The position numbers and the translations under genes were made by a program. The notes under the pieces are model-generated. The model was not told the origin of the DNA. It saw nothing but the letters and a program-made list of their open reading frames with translations, and made no database searches. Shown here one piece after another: positions 1 through 8,569 of a stretch of DNA of 64,000 nucleotides; the stretch's first letter is position 1, and each line of letters opens with the position of its first letter. The stretch comes from Candidatus Hadarchaeum sp. (GTDB lineage: Archaea; Hadarchaeota; Hadarchaeia; Hadarchaeales; Hadarchaeaceae). Where the stretch lies: contig DYTO01000002.1 in NCBI GenBank assembly GCA_020725895.1, positions 3,966 through 67,965 on the forward strand, written 5' to 3'.

Positions 1-210
1 CACTGCATTTTCAAGAACAAAGTCCTTTCTTACATCACGAGGACGCCCATTCACGCTGAGCGAGGGGAGCAGGAGTTGCCCGACCTGATCCAGGTGGCGG
101 TCGACAACGGCCACAAGATAAAGATCTTTCCCGTTTGCAAGAAGTACACGAACATAAACACGGAAGAGGACCTCAGGGAAGCTGAAATGCTGATGAGGAA
201 ATTGGGATAA
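1..210 (+). CDS. 3'-terminal fragment of a sugar-phosphate nucleotidyltransferase (start lies outside the window)
   Basis: The open frame runs from base 1 to the TAA at 208-210. The tail HCIFKNKVL...GHKIKIFPV resembles NTP-transferase C-termini. It sits beside a glycosylation cluster. Confidence 0.4.
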   Translation, partial: HCIFKNKVLSYITRTPIHAERGEQELPDLIQVAVDNGHKIKIFPVCKKYTNINTEEDLREAEMLMRKLG

Positions 211-223
211 ATCGTTCGTTTAA

Positions 224-517
224 TTGCGCTGTTTCCTGGTTTATAAGCAACATCCGCGCAAATTCCTGGCGGGGGAAATGAGAAAAAATAGAGCGGCGAA
301 CGTTCGCCACTACGTGATATATGATTTCAATGGCAGGGCTCCTCGGGGCCTATACCGCCTGCGGAAAAAATTGGAATCGAAAGGATTGCTTGAGGTGATC
401 CAGTACAGTGTCGTTGCTTCCGAGAGACTTGACGTTGCCTTGGATGTGGCGCATTTCTGCCGAAAGAGAGGAGGAAAAGTAAACTTGATTAGGGGCATCT
501 TGTGTGATGTTTGCTGA
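224..517 (+). CDS. small Cas2-fold-like protein (orphan, no other cas genes or array)
   Basis: A 97-aa ORF in a 560-bp gap between convergent genes. The pattern VIYDF..GRAPRGLYRLRKKLESKGL..IQYSVV...KVNLIRG matches the Cas2/VapD beta-alpha-beta layout. The true start may be the internal Met at 278. The ORF is flanked by identical 16-nt palindromes. Confidence 0.3.
   Translation: MRCFLVYKQHPRKFLAGEMRKNRAANVRHYVIYDFNGRAPRGLYRLRKKLESKGLLEVIQYSVVASERLDVALDVAHFCRKRGGKVNLIRGILCDVC
295..310. repeat. 16-nt palindromic motif GGCGAACGTTCGCCAC (copy 1)
   Basis: Exact copy also at 519-534. The 12-nt core GCGAACGTTCGC occurs a third time at 58698-58713. Confidence 0.6.
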
Positions 518-518
518 T

Positions 519-534
519 GGCGAACGTTCGCCAC
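519..534. repeat. 16-nt palindromic motif GGCGAACGTTCGCCAC (copy 2)
   Basis: Identical to 295-310. It lies immediately after the stop of the Cas2-like ORF. Confidence 0.6.
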
Positions 535-620
535 CGCACATGGAAATCGGTCTTTTGAAGTTTTCGGATTGCGAATACTCGTAAATGCTCTTATTAGCCG
601 AAAAAAACAAAAATAGCACT

Positions 621-758
621 ATGGCCGACGCAAAAGAAGGATACGGCAAATCGTACAAGAAAAATTTGAAGAAATATCTGCTATTGTACATCGTGATTGG
701 TGCGATAGCTTACTTCCTGATCTGGTACCTGTTTCTGCGGGGCGCCTACGCGGGATGA
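621..758 (+). CDS. small hydrophobic protein (45 aa, single TM helix)
   Basis: An ATG-to-TGA ORF reading MADAKEGYGKSYKKNLKKYLLLYIVIGAIAYFLIWYLFLRGAYAG. It has a charged N-terminus followed by one TM segment. It lies in an otherwise unexplained intergenic gap. Confidence 0.25.
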   Translation: MADAKEGYGKSYKKNLKKYLLLYIVIGAIAYFLIWYLFLRGAYAG

Positions 759-770
759 TCTCCACATTAG

Positions 771-1784
771 TCAAGTGCCAGTTCTTGTGGCACGATACCA
801 GGCGATGGATCTCGCGACGAGGCTTTCCAGATCGCCCTTGGGGCGGTAACCGAACCTCTCCCTCGCCTTGCCTATGTCGTACGCCAGGCTCACATGCTCA
901 GCGATGTTATTTCGCGACAGCTCGAGCGGGTTGCTCCCAAGAGTTGTTTCAAGCAAATCGCCCGAATATGCCAGGAGCTTGAACAAAATTTTAGGAATGT
1001 ATATCTCCAAAGGCTCCCCGCCGAGAACTCGCGATATCGTGTCCAGCACCTCCTTGTCGGTGTATGGGCGCCCATCGTCAACGTGGAATATCTCACCCTT
1101 TTCCTTCACTCCCATCGCCAGGACCAATGCATCGACCAGGTTGTCTATGTAGCAAAACGTTACGAGCGTGTCGCCCCGCCCGATGTGAATAATCGGTGCA
1201 CGACCTTTCATTTTCCCTTCAACAAATTTCACCATCTCAAGGAGCCCATCTTGGCCCCCGGGCCCGTAAACTGTCGGCGGCCGTAATATTGTAACAGGAA
1301 ATCCTGATTTTCTGTGGTAGTCGAGCAAAAGCTGTTCGGCCTCGAATTTCGACCGCCCATAAGGCGTGACGGGGTTGCATTCAACGCTTTCGTCAACGAT
1401 ACCGCTATTTGTCTTCGGCCGCCCTATCGCGGCAATGCTGCTAGTGAAGACGAAATTTTTGACGTTTTGTTTGAGATAGAGCTCGGCCAGATTTCTAGTC
1501 GCGACAACGTTCGCCTCGTGGAAGACGCGGTAGTCTGTGATAGAGTGGTCGAGGACCGCAGCCAGATGAAATATGAAATCAAAATCCTTCGGCAGGCCCG
1601 CCAAGGTCTCCGGCTTCAGCAAGTCCACGCGGTGGATCTTCACCCCGCACTTTTCCAGCTCCGCGATTCTTTCCTTCGATGAAGTTTCCCTGGCGAGCCC
1701 GACGACCTCGTTCCCTGCCCCAGCAAGCCTGCAGGCTAGCCTTGAGCCTATGAAACCCGTCGCGCCAGTAACCAGTATTCTCAT
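771..1784 (-). CDS. NAD-dependent epimerase/dehydratase (UDP-sugar 4-epimerase family)
   Basis: It carries the MRILVTGATGFIGSRL Rossmann motif and YxxxK-type SDR features. The ORF track starts at 1829, but the conserved N-terminus begins at the Met at 1784. Confidence 0.85.
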   Translation of the reverse strand: MRILVTGATGFIGSRLACRLAGAGNEVVGLARETSSKERIAELEKCGVKIHRVDLLKPETLAGLPKDFDFIFHLAAVLDHSITDYRVFHEANVVATRNLAELYLKQNVKNFVFTSSIAAIGRPKTNSGIVDESVECNPVTPYGRSKFEAEQLLLDYHRKSGFPVTILRPPTVYGPGGQDGLLEMVKFVEGKMKGRAPIIHIGRGDTLVTFCYIDNLVDALVLAMGVKEKGEIFHVDDGRPYTDKEVLDTISRVLGGEPLEIYIPKILFKLLAYSGDLLETTLGSNPLELSRNNIAEHVSLAYDIGKARERFGYRPKGDLESLVARSIAWYRATRTGT

Positions 1785-1846
1785 CCTACCATTCAAGAAA
1801 AAGCTCGAAACGATATAAGACGGTAGCAATAGTGGTTGTGGAGAGC

Positions 1847-2944
1847 ATGAGGGTCGCAGTTTGCCACGATAGGCTGATGGAGAAAAGCGGCGGCGAGCGC
1901 GTCGCCCTGGTCCTTGCGAAGACTTTCAACGCGGACCTCTACGTCGCCAATTACGACCCCGAGCACACTTTCGAGTTCGCCAAGGGGATAAACGTCATAA
2001 AGACATCCCCCTCGGCGGAGCCGCCACTCCCGCAACTCTACACGCTCGTCTGGATGAAGGACGCTATCAGGTTCTCGAAGCTCAAAGAGTTAAAGGATTA
2101 CGACCTGGTCGTGACTTCGGGGCAGCTCGCTCATTTCGCCTCCATCCAGAACCCGAGGAACATCTGGTACTGCCACACTCCTAACAGGGCGCTATACGAC
2201 CTCAGGGACGAGGTCAGGGCGCGTCTAGGTTTCCTATGGCAGCCATTCTTCGACATATGGGCCGATCTATGGAAACCCTTCGACAGGAATTCCGTCAAGC
2301 ACATCAACAAGATAGTCGTGAACTCCAAGAACGTGAAGAGGCGCGTGAAGGACTTTTACGGCCGCGATTCCGAGGTCGTTTACCCGCCCGTCGACCTGAA
2401 GAAGTTCAAGTTCAAGAAGTCGGGCGGCTACTGGCTCTCCGTGCAGAGGGTCGAGCCCGAGAAGAGGATTGAGATGCAATTGAAAGTCTTCGAGAAATTC
2501 CCGAATGAAAAGCTAGTTCTCGTCGGGCCAGGGAAGTACGGTAAGGAATACATGGAGAGGATCACGAGGATGGTCGAGAAAATGCCGAACGTCGAGTGGA
2601 AGAAGGACGTCAGCGAGAAGGAGCTCGTTGAACTATATTCCAACTGCAAGGCGCTGATTCAGACGCCGATAGACGAGGATTTCGGGCTGATAGCGATAGA
2701 GGCGATGGCCAGCGGAAAACCCTGCATAGCGGTCGACGAGGGAGGCTTCCGCGAGACGATAATCCACGGGAAGACCGGGCTGCTCCTGAAGGAGCCTTAC
2801 GAGGAGAATCTCGCGAATGTCGTCGAGAACTTCGGGAAGTACAGGTTCGACCCCAAGGCCTGCCAGGCGCGCGCGAAGGTCTTCTCGGAGGAGGAGTTCA
2901 TGAGGAAAATGAAGAAAGTCGCGAAAGAGGTCGCGGGCGGCTAA
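1847..2944 (+). CDS. glycosyltransferase, GT4 (group 1) family
   Basis: The C-terminal domain shows the EDFGLIAIEAMASGKPCIAVDEGGFRETI motif typical of GT4 retaining transferases. The likely start is the second Met, MRVAVCHD. Confidence 0.85.
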   Translation: MRVAVCHDRLMEKSGGERVALVLAKTFNADLYVANYDPEHTFEFAKGINVIKTSPSAEPPLPQLYTLVWMKDAIRFSKLKELKDYDLVVTSGQLAHFASIQNPRNIWYCHTPNRALYDLRDEVRARLGFLWQPFFDIWADLWKPFDRNSVKHINKIVVNSKNVKRRVKDFYGRDSEVVYPPVDLKKFKFKKSGGYWLSVQRVEPEKRIEMQLKVFEKFPNEKLVLVGPGKYGKEYMERITRMVEKMPNVEWKKDVSEKELVELYSNCKALIQTPIDEDFGLIAIEAMASGKPCIAVDEGGFRETIIHGKTGLLLKEPYEENLANVVENFGKYRFDPKACQARAKVFSEEEFMRKMKKVAKEVAGG

Positions 2945-2991
2945 GATAATGCTAAAAACATTTGGAGAGAGATAGCGGTTAAGGTGAAAAA

Positions 2992-3987
2992 ATGAGATAC
3001 TACTCGATTCACGGGCTTTTCACGATCGAGACGAACACGGACATCCCCGTCCCCGACTACCTCGAGGTCAAAAAGCCAATCGCGAAGCCCGACATGAATA
3101 TCATCTGCGGGCCTCTCGAGCTCAAGAGGCCGAAGGACAGCATGATGAGGACAGGCTACTACTTCTGGAGGGACGAAAAGTCGCTCTACATAGACTACGG
3201 GGTGCGAGACGTGAAGCTAGTGATGCGCGACCTCCTGGGCAAGCCCGAGATCCTATGCTCGAAGAACTTCCGGAAGTACTCCTCCCAGGACAGCTGGAAC
3301 GACCTGATCAACGCCGTGATTCTCCTGAACCTGATAAAGCGCGGCTACACCCTCGCCCACGCCGGGAGCCTCAGCTATCGCGCCAAGGACGGCGTCATCA
3401 TCAGCGCCCCGGCCGACACTGGGAAGACGTCCACCATTCTCTCGCTCGTCGCGATGAAAGACTTCGGATTCATGTCCGACGACGCCGCGCTAGTCGGCAA
3501 GGGCTTCGTCTACGCCTACCCGGAGAAGGTCAAGGTCTCGCCCTACACCCTGACAGGCGACCTGCGCGTCAAGAAGCTGAAGAGGAAGATATTCAAGTCG
3601 AGGATGCTCGGCCTTGCCTCCGAGAGGATCTTGAAGATGAACCTCACGGACTTCTACGAGGTCCCGAAAGACCTGGTCGTGGAAAAGTCCCCGATAAAAA
3701 AGGTGTTTGTTTTCGGCGGCCACAGCGCCGAGAGGACCGTGAAGAAGATAGACAGCAAGCTCGCGGCGAGGATGATATTCATCTCGTCAGTGGACCTCGC
3801 GAGGCTTATGCACAGGTACCTGGAGCTCTACTACTACGTCTTCGCCGTCGACACGTACAAGTTCACAGAGGAGATGAACAGGATAGTCGAGGACTCATTC
3901 AAGAAGGCGCAGTGCTTCATGGTCTCTGCTCCGAGGATCAAGGACTACGCTCATGTCGTCGCCGAAACGCTAGGGAAGTCCTCATGA
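2992..3987 (+). CDS. HPr-kinase C-domain-like P-loop protein (HprK-related kinase family), function unknown
   Basis: The segment AHAGSLSYRAKDGVIISAPADTGKTSTILSLV...SDDAALV parallels the HprK core hHG..v...GvLI.G.SGsGKSe.al.Lv..G..LvaDD. Confidence 0.55.
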   Translation: MRYYSIHGLFTIETNTDIPVPDYLEVKKPIAKPDMNIICGPLELKRPKDSMMRTGYYFWRDEKSLYIDYGVRDVKLVMRDLLGKPEILCSKNFRKYSSQDSWNDLINAVILLNLIKRGYTLAHAGSLSYRAKDGVIISAPADTGKTSTILSLVAMKDFGFMSDDAALVGKGFVYAYPEKVKVSPYTLTGDLRVKKLKRKIFKSRMLGLASERILKMNLTDFYEVPKDLVVEKSPIKKVFVFGGHSAERTVKKIDSKLAARMIFISSVDLARLMHRYLELYYYVFAVDTYKFTEEMNRIVEDSFKKAQCFMVSAPRIKDYAHVVAETLGKSS

Positions 3988-3997
3988 GGGCAGGAGA

Positions 3998-4819
3998 ATG
4001 GAAGAGTACAACTTCAAGAGATGGTACCCGACATTCTCTCTAGTGAACAAAATTTTCCGAGAGAACGACATCGACCACGTCTTCATCAAGATGCTGCTAG
4101 ACCCCTTCCACATGAGGGACGTCGACGTCATCATCCCGAAGCTCGATGACGAGAAGCGTGCGATAGATCTTCTGAGGAAGGCTGGTTTCCGACCCTACAG
4201 GGCGGGCAAACTCCTCAACCCGTGGAAGATAATCTGCGAGGGGATAGACATCGGGCATCTGGCGGTCGACCTGCACCCGACGGCCGAGTGGAACAGGACG
4301 ATGGTCGCGGACGGGAGGGAGATCAACTCGCACAGGATCGAGGTCAAGATAGGCGACACTAAGGCCTTCCTGCCAATCCCTGAATATTCGCTATACCTGG
4401 TTGCCACGCATTCCTTCTACCAGCACATGACTATTTTGCGCCCCGAGGTGCAGAACGGCATACACTTTATCTCCCAGCCGAAATTCTCGTGGAAGCGACT
4501 CCAGGCGATCGCGAGAGTCTACGGGACTGTCGAGTCGATTTACGCTTTCCTTCTCGCGATAAACGTTGAAAAGCCGAAGACAATCGATGAGATGACGTTG
4601 GGTCTCTTCTCAGGCGGAACGCCGAGTGCGTTGGTACAGAGGTGGTTCGATGAAACTGAAAAGAAGTTCCCGCTTATTATCCCACGCTGGCTCGGCTGCA
4701 TCTTTCCATCATACTACCACACGAAATCCCTGATTGGGAAGGTCAGGCCGACAGAAGTCGCGTTCGATTTTATCTCGCACTACATGAGGCTGTCCAGCGG
4801 AAGGGGTGCTTTCGTTTGA
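3998..4819 (+). CDS. uncharacterised nucleotidyltransferase-like protein (PF14907-like)
   Basis: The N-terminus VFIKMLLDPFHMRDVDVIIPKLDDEKRAIDLLRKAGF fits the KG..L...YP..R...DIDLLV..D...A...L...G(F/Y) signature. Its stop overlaps the next start in an ATGA arrangement. Confidence 0.4.
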   Translation: MEEYNFKRWYPTFSLVNKIFRENDIDHVFIKMLLDPFHMRDVDVIIPKLDDEKRAIDLLRKAGFRPYRAGKLLNPWKIICEGIDIGHLAVDLHPTAEWNRTMVADGREINSHRIEVKIGDTKAFLPIPEYSLYLVATHSFYQHMTILRPEVQNGIHFISQPKFSWKRLQAIARVYGTVESIYAFLLAINVEKPKTIDEMTLGLFSGGTPSALVQRWFDETEKKFPLIIPRWLGCIFPSYYHTKSLIGKVRPTEVAFDFISHYMRLSSGRGAFV

Positions 4820-5745
4820 AGGCGACATTTCTCTATCCCGCGAGCGGCATCAGCCCCCACTACGCGCACCTCACCTGGGCGAAAACTGTGTGCAAGAAAG
4901 TCGTCGAGACGCCGATGGGGTTCGGGCGCTTCGACTATAGCCAGCTCGAAGGTTCGGACATCCTCCTTCTGGAATCCCTATACTGCGTGCCTTTCGCGCG
5001 CAAGTTCAAGAAAAATAACCCTGACTGCAAGATTGTGACGATAATCGCGGACACGAGTTTCTGGAACGAGCGGCTGGGAGTCCTCAGGAAAGTTTTCTAT
5101 TGGAGATATCTCGGGATGGTCGACGGTTTCGTCTCGGTTTCCGAAAGGATAAAGCGCGACATTCAGGGTTACGTTGACAGGCCCGTCGAGGTCGTGAGGC
5201 CTTTCCTCGTGAACAAGTACGACTTCAATCGGCGCGGTTTCAACAAGAACGTTCTTTTTGTGGGAAACGACGCGGTCGAGAAGGGCTTCGGCAAGCTCGT
5301 GAAGGCCATGGAGCACCTGCCGGACTTCGACCTTTACCTAGTCGGGGACTGTTACAAGAAGATCAAGACGAATAAACCGAACGTCCACGTCGAGAAGAGG
5401 GTGCCCAGCCTCAAGCCATACTTCGGGAAGTGCTCGATATACGCGCACCCGGCGGATTTCGACCCTTGCCCGTCGGCGATTTGGGAGGCGATGTACGCCG
5501 GGCTTCTTCCCGTGATTTCAACTGGCGTCGGGCAGAGCGAGCTTTTCAAGGGGGACCTTGGGAGGCTCGTGCTGAAGAACAATGAACCGAAGAGCATTGC
5601 AGATAAAATTTCAGAAGTCTATTCAATCGGCGACAAGCGGAAGATTCTTGAAAGTTGCAGGAAGCTGGCGAACGATCACACGAAGGAGAAAATCGTCTCG
5701 AGGTTCAAAGTCGCGTTTTCAAAAATCTTGAAAGAAATTTCTTAA
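4816..5745 (+). CDS. glycosyltransferase (GT4-like C-terminal domain)
   Basis: It carries HPADFDPCPSAIWEAMYAGLLPVISTGVGQSELF, an EX7E-like GT4 motif. The gene is translationally coupled to the upstream gene. Confidence 0.65.
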   Translation: MKATFLYPASGISPHYAHLTWAKTVCKKVVETPMGFGRFDYSQLEGSDILLLESLYCVPFARKFKKNNPDCKIVTIIADTSFWNERLGVLRKVFYWRYLGMVDGFVSVSERIKRDIQGYVDRPVEVVRPFLVNKYDFNRRGFNKNVLFVGNDAVEKGFGKLVKAMEHLPDFDLYLVGDCYKKIKTNKPNVHVEKRVPSLKPYFGKCSIYAHPADFDPCPSAIWEAMYAGLLPVISTGVGQSELFKGDLGRLVLKNNEPKSIADKISEVYSIGDKRKILESCRKLANDHTKEKIVSRFKVAFSKILKEIS

Positions 5746-6404
5746 AGCCTGTTTAACCTCAGCTTAATGAGGCCGATGAAAATCCTGATCCCGCTCGCGA
5801 TAGTGGTCCCGCGCGCCTTTGAATACTGGGTGAACAGGCATGGGACGAGGATTTCCTTCAGCTTCAGCTTTTCCTGTTTCGCGATGATGACGATCTCGGA
5901 CGAGACCTCGTACCTGTTGCTCTTTATCTGGACGGCCCCGAGCGCGTGCCTGTTGAGCGCCCGCATCCCGGACTGAGAGTCCGTGAAGTAGCCGCCCATC
6001 GCCCGGGTCACAAGGTTGAACCAGAAATTCCCTATCTTCTTGTGGAAAGGCGCGTCCACGAAGTACCTCACGCCGATGACCAAGTCGTAGCCTTCCAGCA
6101 CATCGATAACCTTTTTCACGTGTTTCGGGTCGTGCTGGCCGTCCGAGTCGAATGTCACCGCGACGTCCGCATCCAGCTCCCTCGCCTTGGCCAGCCCAGT
6201 CCTCAGGGCCGCGCCCAGCCCGGAGTTCTTCTGGTGCTTCACGACTGTCGCTCCCTTCGATTTCGCGACCTCGGCGGTGTTGTCCTTCGAGCCGTCGTCA
6301 ATGACGATAATGTCCTTCCAGCCCTCCGCGTGGAGTCCGTCGATGACTTCGCCTATCGACTTGCCCTCGTTGTACGCCGGCATAACTATCCAGACTTTCA
6401 TCAT
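5742..6404 (-). CDS. GT2 glycosyltransferase, dolichyl-phosphate mannose/glucose synthase-like
   Basis: MMKVWIVMPAYNEG...IIVIDDGSKDNT...TFDSDGQHDP are classic GT2 DxD and DPM1-like motifs. Confidence 0.85.
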   Translation of the reverse strand: MMKVWIVMPAYNEGKSIGEVIDGLHAEGWKDIIVIDDGSKDNTAEVAKSKGATVVKHQKNSGLGAALRTGLAKARELDADVAVTFDSDGQHDPKHVKKVIDVLEGYDLVIGVRYFVDAPFHKKIGNFWFNLVTRAMGGYFTDSQSGMRALNRHALGAVQIKSNRYEVSSEIVIIAKQEKLKLKEILVPCLFTQYSKARGTTIASGIRIFIGLIKLRLNRL

Positions 6405-6479
6405 CTCACTTCTCAGGTAATTTTTTTGAGTTAATCTAACTTGCGTTTAACGTTAAAAAGGTCGAGGTAGATTCCAGAT

Positions 6480-6899
6480 TTGGTTGGCATGAGGACCTGG
6501 TACAAGGAGTTCAGTTTTTCGACGAGGAAGCAGAAGGAGGTCGTCGATGTCACGTCCACGATCGAAAGGGCGGTCGACGAGTCCGGGATAAAGAACGGGC
6601 TTCTTCTCGTGCAGATCCCGCACGCCACGGCCTCGCTAGTCCTCAACGAGGGCGAGAGCGGCCTGAAGCAAGACCTTTTGAACAAGCTCGAAGAGTTGTT
6701 CCCAGCGGGAGGCGGATACATGCACGACAGGATTGACGACAACGCTCATTCGCATCTGAAATCGGCGGTCATTGGCTCATCGCGGGTTTTGCCCGTGATT
6801 GACGGCGGCATCGTTCGGGGGACTTGGCAGAATTTCCTGATAATAGAGGAGGACGGGCCGCGCACGAGGAGGCTCGCGGTATTCATGATGGGTGAGTAA
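6480..6899 (+). CDS. YjbQ/UPF0047 family protein (secondary thiamine-phosphate synthase-like)
   Basis: 139 aa with the conserved YjbQ blocks LLLVQIPHATASLVLNE and YMHDRIDDNAHSHLKSAVIG. Confidence 0.8.
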   Translation: MVGMRTWYKEFSFSTRKQKEVVDVTSTIERAVDESGIKNGLLLVQIPHATASLVLNEGESGLKQDLLNKLEELFPAGGGYMHDRIDDNAHSHLKSAVIGSSRVLPVIDGGIVRGTWQNFLIIEEDGPRTRRLAVFMMGE

Positions 6900-6959
6900 T
6901 TTTTAAATTTCAATTAATTGTGGGCAATGGCAATAATGATCCGAATACTTTCGGTGACC

Positions 6960-7003
6960 CCCCCAAAATGACTTGATTAACTCCGATGTTTTGATTTTGG
7001 GGG
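6960..7003. promoter_or_regulatory. perfect 10-bp inverted repeat CCCCCAAAAT/ATTTTGGGGG with 24-nt spacer immediately upstream of the LAGLIDADG gene start
   Basis: The repeat is seen directly in the sequence. It lies between the yjbQ stop at 6899 and the ATG at 7008. Confidence 0.4.
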
Positions 7004-7007
7004 TTTA

Positions 7008-8015
7008 ATGCGAAAACAAGTCAACAAGGAAATTTTTGGAGAAATACTTCGGAGATATTTCGAAAATCACGAAGGTTCTACAACATTGGCAAAAATGTAT
7101 GGTATCAATAAATCGACCATTCAGAAATGGTTGAGTTTGAAACTACGCAAAGGTGAAGTTCAATTTGTAATGACTCTTAACAATTGGAATCTCGCCAAAT
7201 CGCGCAGACTGGTGTTTAAAAGAGCAGCGGCAGCAAGAGGCGCTAAATCGAGGAAAAAAGTGATGTTGCGATTCGGCAAAAGTTTTGCATATGCGTTGGG
7301 CGTTCTGTGCGGAGATGGGCATGTCGCAGAGGGTTATGCATATCTACCCTGTCATGACATAAAATTTGCTGAATCGTTTTTGGAAAATGGAGAAAAAGCA
7401 TTTGGTATAAAGGCATCTTTTAATCCAGAAAAGAAAATTAGAGGATTGTACCGCGTAACGTTTCATTCAAGGGAATTAGCGGATAGGTTAAACGACTTGT
7501 ATAAGACTAGGACAAGAGAATGGAAAATTCCTCCGGAGATTGTTAATGGCAATAATTTACTGAAAGCGAATTTTCTAAAGGGGTTTGTTGATTCAGAGGG
7601 ACGTGTCGGTCTTTCGGTTTACAAGTGTTATTATACTGTTAAGAGTGGAGAAAAACGCAGCTGTTGGATTTTGCATGGCTACGTTAATTTAAGTTCTGTA
7701 AATGAAAGAGGCATCAAACAAGTACATAAACTTCTAAAAGATTTGGGCATACGCACCAACTTGTATTTTATCGGAAGAAACGACGAGTGGCGCATTTCAA
7801 CAGTAAAAAACAAGTCAAACTTGCTCCTGTTTCAAAAACTCGTTGATTTCAGAACTGCTAGTGATCACGAGAGGCTGAGGTTTTTAAACCAAAACATCAA
7901 TCATTCACCGAATACATGGAGGTGGATAGGCAGTTCGAAGTACTTGCCAAAAAGGTGTAAGGATATGATGCAGCAACAGAGGCCTAGAGGGGTCGTCTAC
8001 TTGGATAGGCAATAA
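7008..8015 (+). CDS. free-standing LAGLIDADG homing-endonuclease-like protein with N-terminal HTH
   Basis: It has two LAGLIDADG motifs, FAYALGVLCGDGHV and LKGFVDSEGRV. The N-terminus TTLAKMYGINKSTIQKWL is HTH-like. The gene is AT-rich relative to its surroundings. Confidence 0.75.
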   Translation: MRKQVNKEIFGEILRRYFENHEGSTTLAKMYGINKSTIQKWLSLKLRKGEVQFVMTLNNWNLAKSRRLVFKRAAAARGAKSRKKVMLRFGKSFAYALGVLCGDGHVAEGYAYLPCHDIKFAESFLENGEKAFGIKASFNPEKKIRGLYRVTFHSRELADRLNDLYKTRTREWKIPPEIVNGNNLLKANFLKGFVDSEGRVGLSVYKCYYTVKSGEKRSCWILHGYVNLSSVNERGIKQVHKLLKDLGIRTNLYFIGRNDEWRISTVKNKSNLLLFQKLVDFRTASDHERLRFLNQNINHSPNTWRWIGSSKYLPKRCKDMMQQQRPRGVVYLDRQ

Positions 8016-8061
8016 AGTTGCCCCAAAAATAGAGACGACTTCAGTAAAGGCCGATACAGGC

Positions 8062-8565
8062 ATGGTAGTCGTTATAGGCGTGCTTGGCGATGGCGAGGCC
8101 GAGCTAATCTTTTCAGGGAACGAGCGCGACGAGCGCGAGGCGCTGGAATGGCTGAAGGAGAAGCTGGAAAATTGCAACTTGATAATAACATGGTACGGCT
8201 CCGGGTTCGACATACCGTTCCTCCTGACGAGGGCGGTCCTCCACGGGGTGGACCTCTCCAAGCTCGCGGAGATCCCGATGCTGGACCTCTACCAGTGGGC
8301 GAAGGCTAATCTCATTTTGAACAGCTACAAGATGACTTCCGTGGCCCGTTTTCTAGGCATCGACGAGGAGACGGGCGACTTCGCAGGGGCGGACGTCCTC
8401 ACTCTTTTCAAACTCTGGGAAAGGGGAGAGAGCAAGGCGAGCGACATGATTGTCCAGCACTGCAAGGAAGACCTCCATGTTTTGAAGCGGGTGCACGAGA
8501 GGCTGAAGCCGGCAATCGTTCGTTCATCGTCGGCGCCTGGGCTTGGCCCATTGGAAGAAGAGTAG
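8062..8565 (+). CDS. predicted 3'-5' exonuclease, RNase H-like fold related to the PolB exonuclease domain (PF10108-like)
   Basis: Exo I-like LGDGEAE, Exo II-like ITWYGSGFDIPFL and Exo III-like HCKEDLHVL motifs occur in that order. The protein is 167 aa. Confidence 0.55.
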   Translation: MVVVIGVLGDGEAELIFSGNERDEREALEWLKEKLENCNLIITWYGSGFDIPFLLTRAVLHGVDLSKLAEIPMLDLYQWAKANLILNSYKMTSVARFLGIDEETGDFAGADVLTLFKLWERGESKASDMIVQHCKEDLHVLKRVHERLKPAIVRSSSAPGLGPLEEE

Positions 8566-8569
8566 TACC

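Noticed and set aside
224-770. A CRISPR array or cas operon associated with the Cas2-like ORF
   Set aside because: Only two 16-nt palindromic copies are present, not a regularly spaced repeat-spacer array. No cas1 or other cas genes lie in the window.
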